From: Marsupella aquatica
Lineage: Eukaryota > Plantae > Marchantiophyta
Assembly (NCBI GenBank): GCA_973895155.1
Contig: OZ316898.1
Location: 13,233,659 to 13,297,658 of the forward strand
Direction of reading: 5' to 3'
DNA length: 64,000 nt
Shown: in pieces, positions 60,465-64,000 of the stretch
Layout of the letters: every line of letters starts with the position of its first letter
Position numbering within the stretch: the first letter of the stretch is position 1
Notes under the pieces: generated by a model
Seen by the model: the letters and a program-made list of their open reading frames with translations, nothing else
Databases searched by the model: none
Told to the model about the DNA's origin: nothing
Position numbers and translations under genes: made by a program

Positions 60465-61157
60465 TTTACTAGTGCATTGTATATAGAAGCTTGACAATTT
60501 TGGTGTTTGATATAGACTCTTTGGGACTTTTATACACTTCTAAATTTGTTAAGACGGCCACACTTTGGACCCCGTTTCCAATCTTAACTAACATGGATCA
60601 CTAAGTCCGTTTAACTCACAATTGGACCCCGATCCCATTCGTGTTGCATTGCAAATCACACATCCAATTTAATAACAATTGGACATGCTTCTCCAATCCT
60701 TGAGTGCTTGGAAAAATTTACTGATTATTTACGTCACGAGCACAAGTTTCCATTTCCAATTTAATCACTCATCAAAATTTCCAATTAAATCCGCATTGAA
60801 ACATCCAACTTTCATAGAATTGCAACTAGCAATTCCAGCTCCATCAGAAAAACGAGCTTGAGCTTTTCTTTGGGAAGACGTTTGCGATTCATTTAGAATT
60901 GAAACAAAATTGGACCATGTGGTCCAATGTTGACTGGCATGGGCAGTGGATCCGTTGTGTCCACAATTGGATACGGTGTCCGTTTGAAGTTTGAATGGAA
61001 TGGTGTTTGTCCAATTCAAGTAGAATGGCAAAGTTCAATTCGTGTTACATCGGAAAGTGCAGTCGGTGATCCAATTGGAATAGAATGACAACTCTTGGCA
61101 TAGTTGGAATGCGAGAATTGGACTAGGCCCCAAAACGGACCCCAAAATGTACTAGTG

Positions 61158-61454
61158 CTCGGGGGTCTCACTATACGGATGCCTCCCCATCACTTGCGAC
61201 GTTTTTAGGCCTTGGACCCCCTAAAATATAAGAAAAATTTTTATTTTTTCAACCCCTATAAAGTTGGAATATTCTTGAAATATTCCTGAATTTTGGTTAT
61301 AAGGACCCTAATGTTCTTATAAGTCTCAAAATTGGATTTAAAAGACCCTATTGTTCTTCTCAAAAAATTCTTAAGTCTTCCCTTTGAACCAATAAAATGA
61401 CCCTATACTTCGTCGCACGTGATATGCCATTTTTGTGGAAGTGAAACCCCCGAG
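61158..61454. mobile_element. MITE with 8-bp TSD (hAT-like)
   Basis: TIR ctcgggggtctcac / gtgaaacccccgag. TSD TACTAGTG at 61150-61157 and 61455-61462. Confidence 0.9.
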
Positions 61455-62971
61455 TACTAGTGCTACAATTTGAATGTGCACTGTAATACATTCATTCATT
61501 TGAGAGAACTAGGAATGTTACGGGTAGGTTGGAGGGTTTGGGATACCTCAGCAGACAAGGATCCTCCTCAAAACAAGGAAACTAAGCCACCACTGAGTGA
61601 AAATGGCAGATTTGGTTTAGGGTTTACTTCCCAATTTGTCAATCAGTTGTTGGTACTTAACTCGAGTGCCTAGTTAGACTAACTAGGGTTTAGGGTAGTT
61701 TCAGGAGAGAGATTGAGCGAGAGAGAAAATGATTCTTCTCTTGGCCGTGGACGTAGCCCGGATTGGTTCTTAGTGACGTTGCGCAATGGGATATTTCCCC
61801 AACATCAGTAAACCCTTAAACCCTACAATTGAGGTCACTAAGTTAGTCCTATATAATGACTACAAAGATCCAAGAGCTCAATATATTAATGACTTGGGCA
61901 AAGACTGGTTTACTAAAACTATTTAAGATATTATAAGAGACTAGCCAATTTAGGTCCACCATGGGTAGGATACTGCATCTTATATGCTTCACCAACAAGT
62001 TGCGACACTTCAATATGCCAAGCCTCGTGACTGCTGAAGCCCGCTTTGCAACTGCCGAGGCCCGGTTGGCTCCATGGTCCATGCAGTGCATGGACCAAGA
62101 TTGTGCACTCTATTTAAAGAGTCATGGAATTTAGGGTGGGTTGGCCCAAAGAATTTGACAACATCCCAAATCTGAGGGTTTAGGATTTCACCTGATTAAT
62201 TTCTAAAACATGATTAGGAGCTACTGTTATAAATATATGTGTACGGTTTACTAACTTTTGTAATCAATCTTTCACTTACTAGGCATTGTTAGGTATTTAC
62301 TCAAGGTCTAAGGTTATGATATGTAACCATAGTTAAACTAACCATAGTCGGAGACATGGTTAGGTTAACTAGGATGCACACTATATGCCAAGCGGTGTTT
62401 GCTTGAATAAGTGGAACTTAGGCTCATTGTTACGGAGCCACTTGAGAGATGAGGAGAGCTTACACTGTGGAGACTTGGTTTAGCCGACGGGCTTAGAGTT
62501 CAGTAAAGCTCTCTTACAATGTGTTCCCATGGACATAGCCTCAAGTAGGTGAACCATATATCTCTTGTGTTGACTACTTGGGAGTTGGATGTGTCATGTG
62601 CTTACCATTGCAATTGTCATCTATGCTCAACAGGCAGCCTGTTTAGGTGGCAAAATGGTCAACATTGGGTCAAGCCAAGCGTCAACCACAATTGCAAGCT
62701 GCTCCATAGAAGGAGAATGAATGTTTTCTTTCTTGGTAAACAGTTCCTCTTTGACCTCCTTTATTCCATAATCCTAAACCTTGGGAGTGGTCTCCTCCCT
62801 CCTGTTTCTCTTCTCCCCCTTTTGATTTGGAACCCTCTTTTCGATCTACACATTCAAGATTTTACAAGATTTATGAATGGTCTTGATGTAATTTATATTT
62901 AGCATACTTTTAGAATTTTGCTACTTTGGTTGAATGTAGACCCATCTATTAAAAGAGGTAATCATGTAATA

Positions 62972-63330
62972 CTAGCTCAATACTCGTGCGTTGCACAAAA
63001 GATGTCGTGACAGCCAAGATGTCGTTCCTGATATTGTTGAGAACAAAAGAGGTCATGTCGGCCAAGCGGTTGTCGAGAATAAAGATGTCGTGTCGGCCAA
63101 GATGTCGTTGCAAAAAAAGATGTTGTGTCGGCCAAGAGGTCGTTGAGAAGAAAGATGTCGTGTCAGCCAAGAGGTCGTTGAGAAGGAAGATGTCGTGTCT
63201 GCCAAGAAATCATTGAGAACAAACGATGTCATGTCACCCAAGATGTTATTAAGAAAAAAGTTGTCATGTCATCTAAGATGTCATTAAGAAAAACAGATGT
63301 TGTGTCACCCAAGATGTTGTTATTTAAGAA
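62972..63330 (-). mobile_element. Helitron 3' portion with about 36-bp subterminal tandem repeats
   Basis: The minus strand ends gtgcaacgcacgagtattgagCTAG|T. Units of gatgtcgtgtcggccaagatgtcgttgagaa. Confidence 0.65.
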
Positions 63331-64000
63331 AAAAGCTCACGCAAAAAGTGCTCAAAAAATGAGTAACAACAACTACAAAGTATCATCAATCAAGAATCAT
63401 GATTTTTGTCTTTGTATTTTTCATTTTTTAAATCCTTGAAAACCTTTAACTTCCCCCCCCCCCCCCTCTTTTAGGCCTTTTGTACTATTTTTGGTTTTAT
63501 TTTTTCTATTGCATTATGTAATATTTGTAATCAATTAAACTTCTCTTAGGACATAGATTATCATGGGTATAATGTCTAGGCATGGAGAGTACTATTTCTA
63601 TGCATGGGGCTTGGTATGCATGGATAGTACTATACATATATGGTCCATAAAGTATTTGATTATTGTGCATTGGCATTCCCTGACATTCCCCTTTACTTCT
63701 TGCTTGGAAAATGTGTCACCCTTTACTTCACACTAAATATAATTCAATTTTGTTTTATCCCTTCTCTTGGTCAGATTTTTTAATTTTTGTGCCCTGCAAA
63801 TTTGAATGACGACCACTCTAAAAAGTGGCGCAACTGTGTATTATAGGAGTTAATGATTTTGCCATTTTCATTCCACTGTCATGAATACATGGTTCTGTCC
63901 ATTTTTTAAGTTACATACCTGGGTTAATTGATTTCATTGAGAGGCGTCCCTAAGTATGATTATTTAATATGGTCAGACTGCCCTTATGGTTTTGTGGAGT

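Overview
Eukaryotic, TE-rich land-plant DNA: GT-AG introns, TTTAGGG telomeric motif and plant-type polyphenol oxidases. A non-seed plant such as a fern is my inference. The only host genes are two 4-exon PPO paralogues (7782-10103 + and 50124-47822 -), the arms of an old inverted duplication now separated by about 34 kb of transposons. The centre is a 19.5-kb CACTA element (17821-37321, TAT TSD). It carries a decayed TnpD, a divergent TnpA-like gene and an intact SET-domain gene that appears to share its first exon with TnpD. Nested in the CACTA is a 9.5-kb TIR element (18341-27829). It encodes a Sola1-like DDD transposase and, head-to-head with it, an intron-containing ParB-like/beta-class amino-DNA-methyltransferase fusion (DIPY...DICSGSGT), with repeated TCATGA-N2-TCATGA palindromes. 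This element is the best candidate for an undescribed system. Also present: a MULE (765-5155, 10-bp TSD) with an RNase H1 hybrid-binding-domain accessory ORF and a telomere-repeat insertion, a solo LTR, L1 and CRE retroelement relics, 8-bp-TSD MITEs, Helitron ends, a 5S-like fragment and tandem repeats. All domain calls come from motif recognition by eye; no searches were run.
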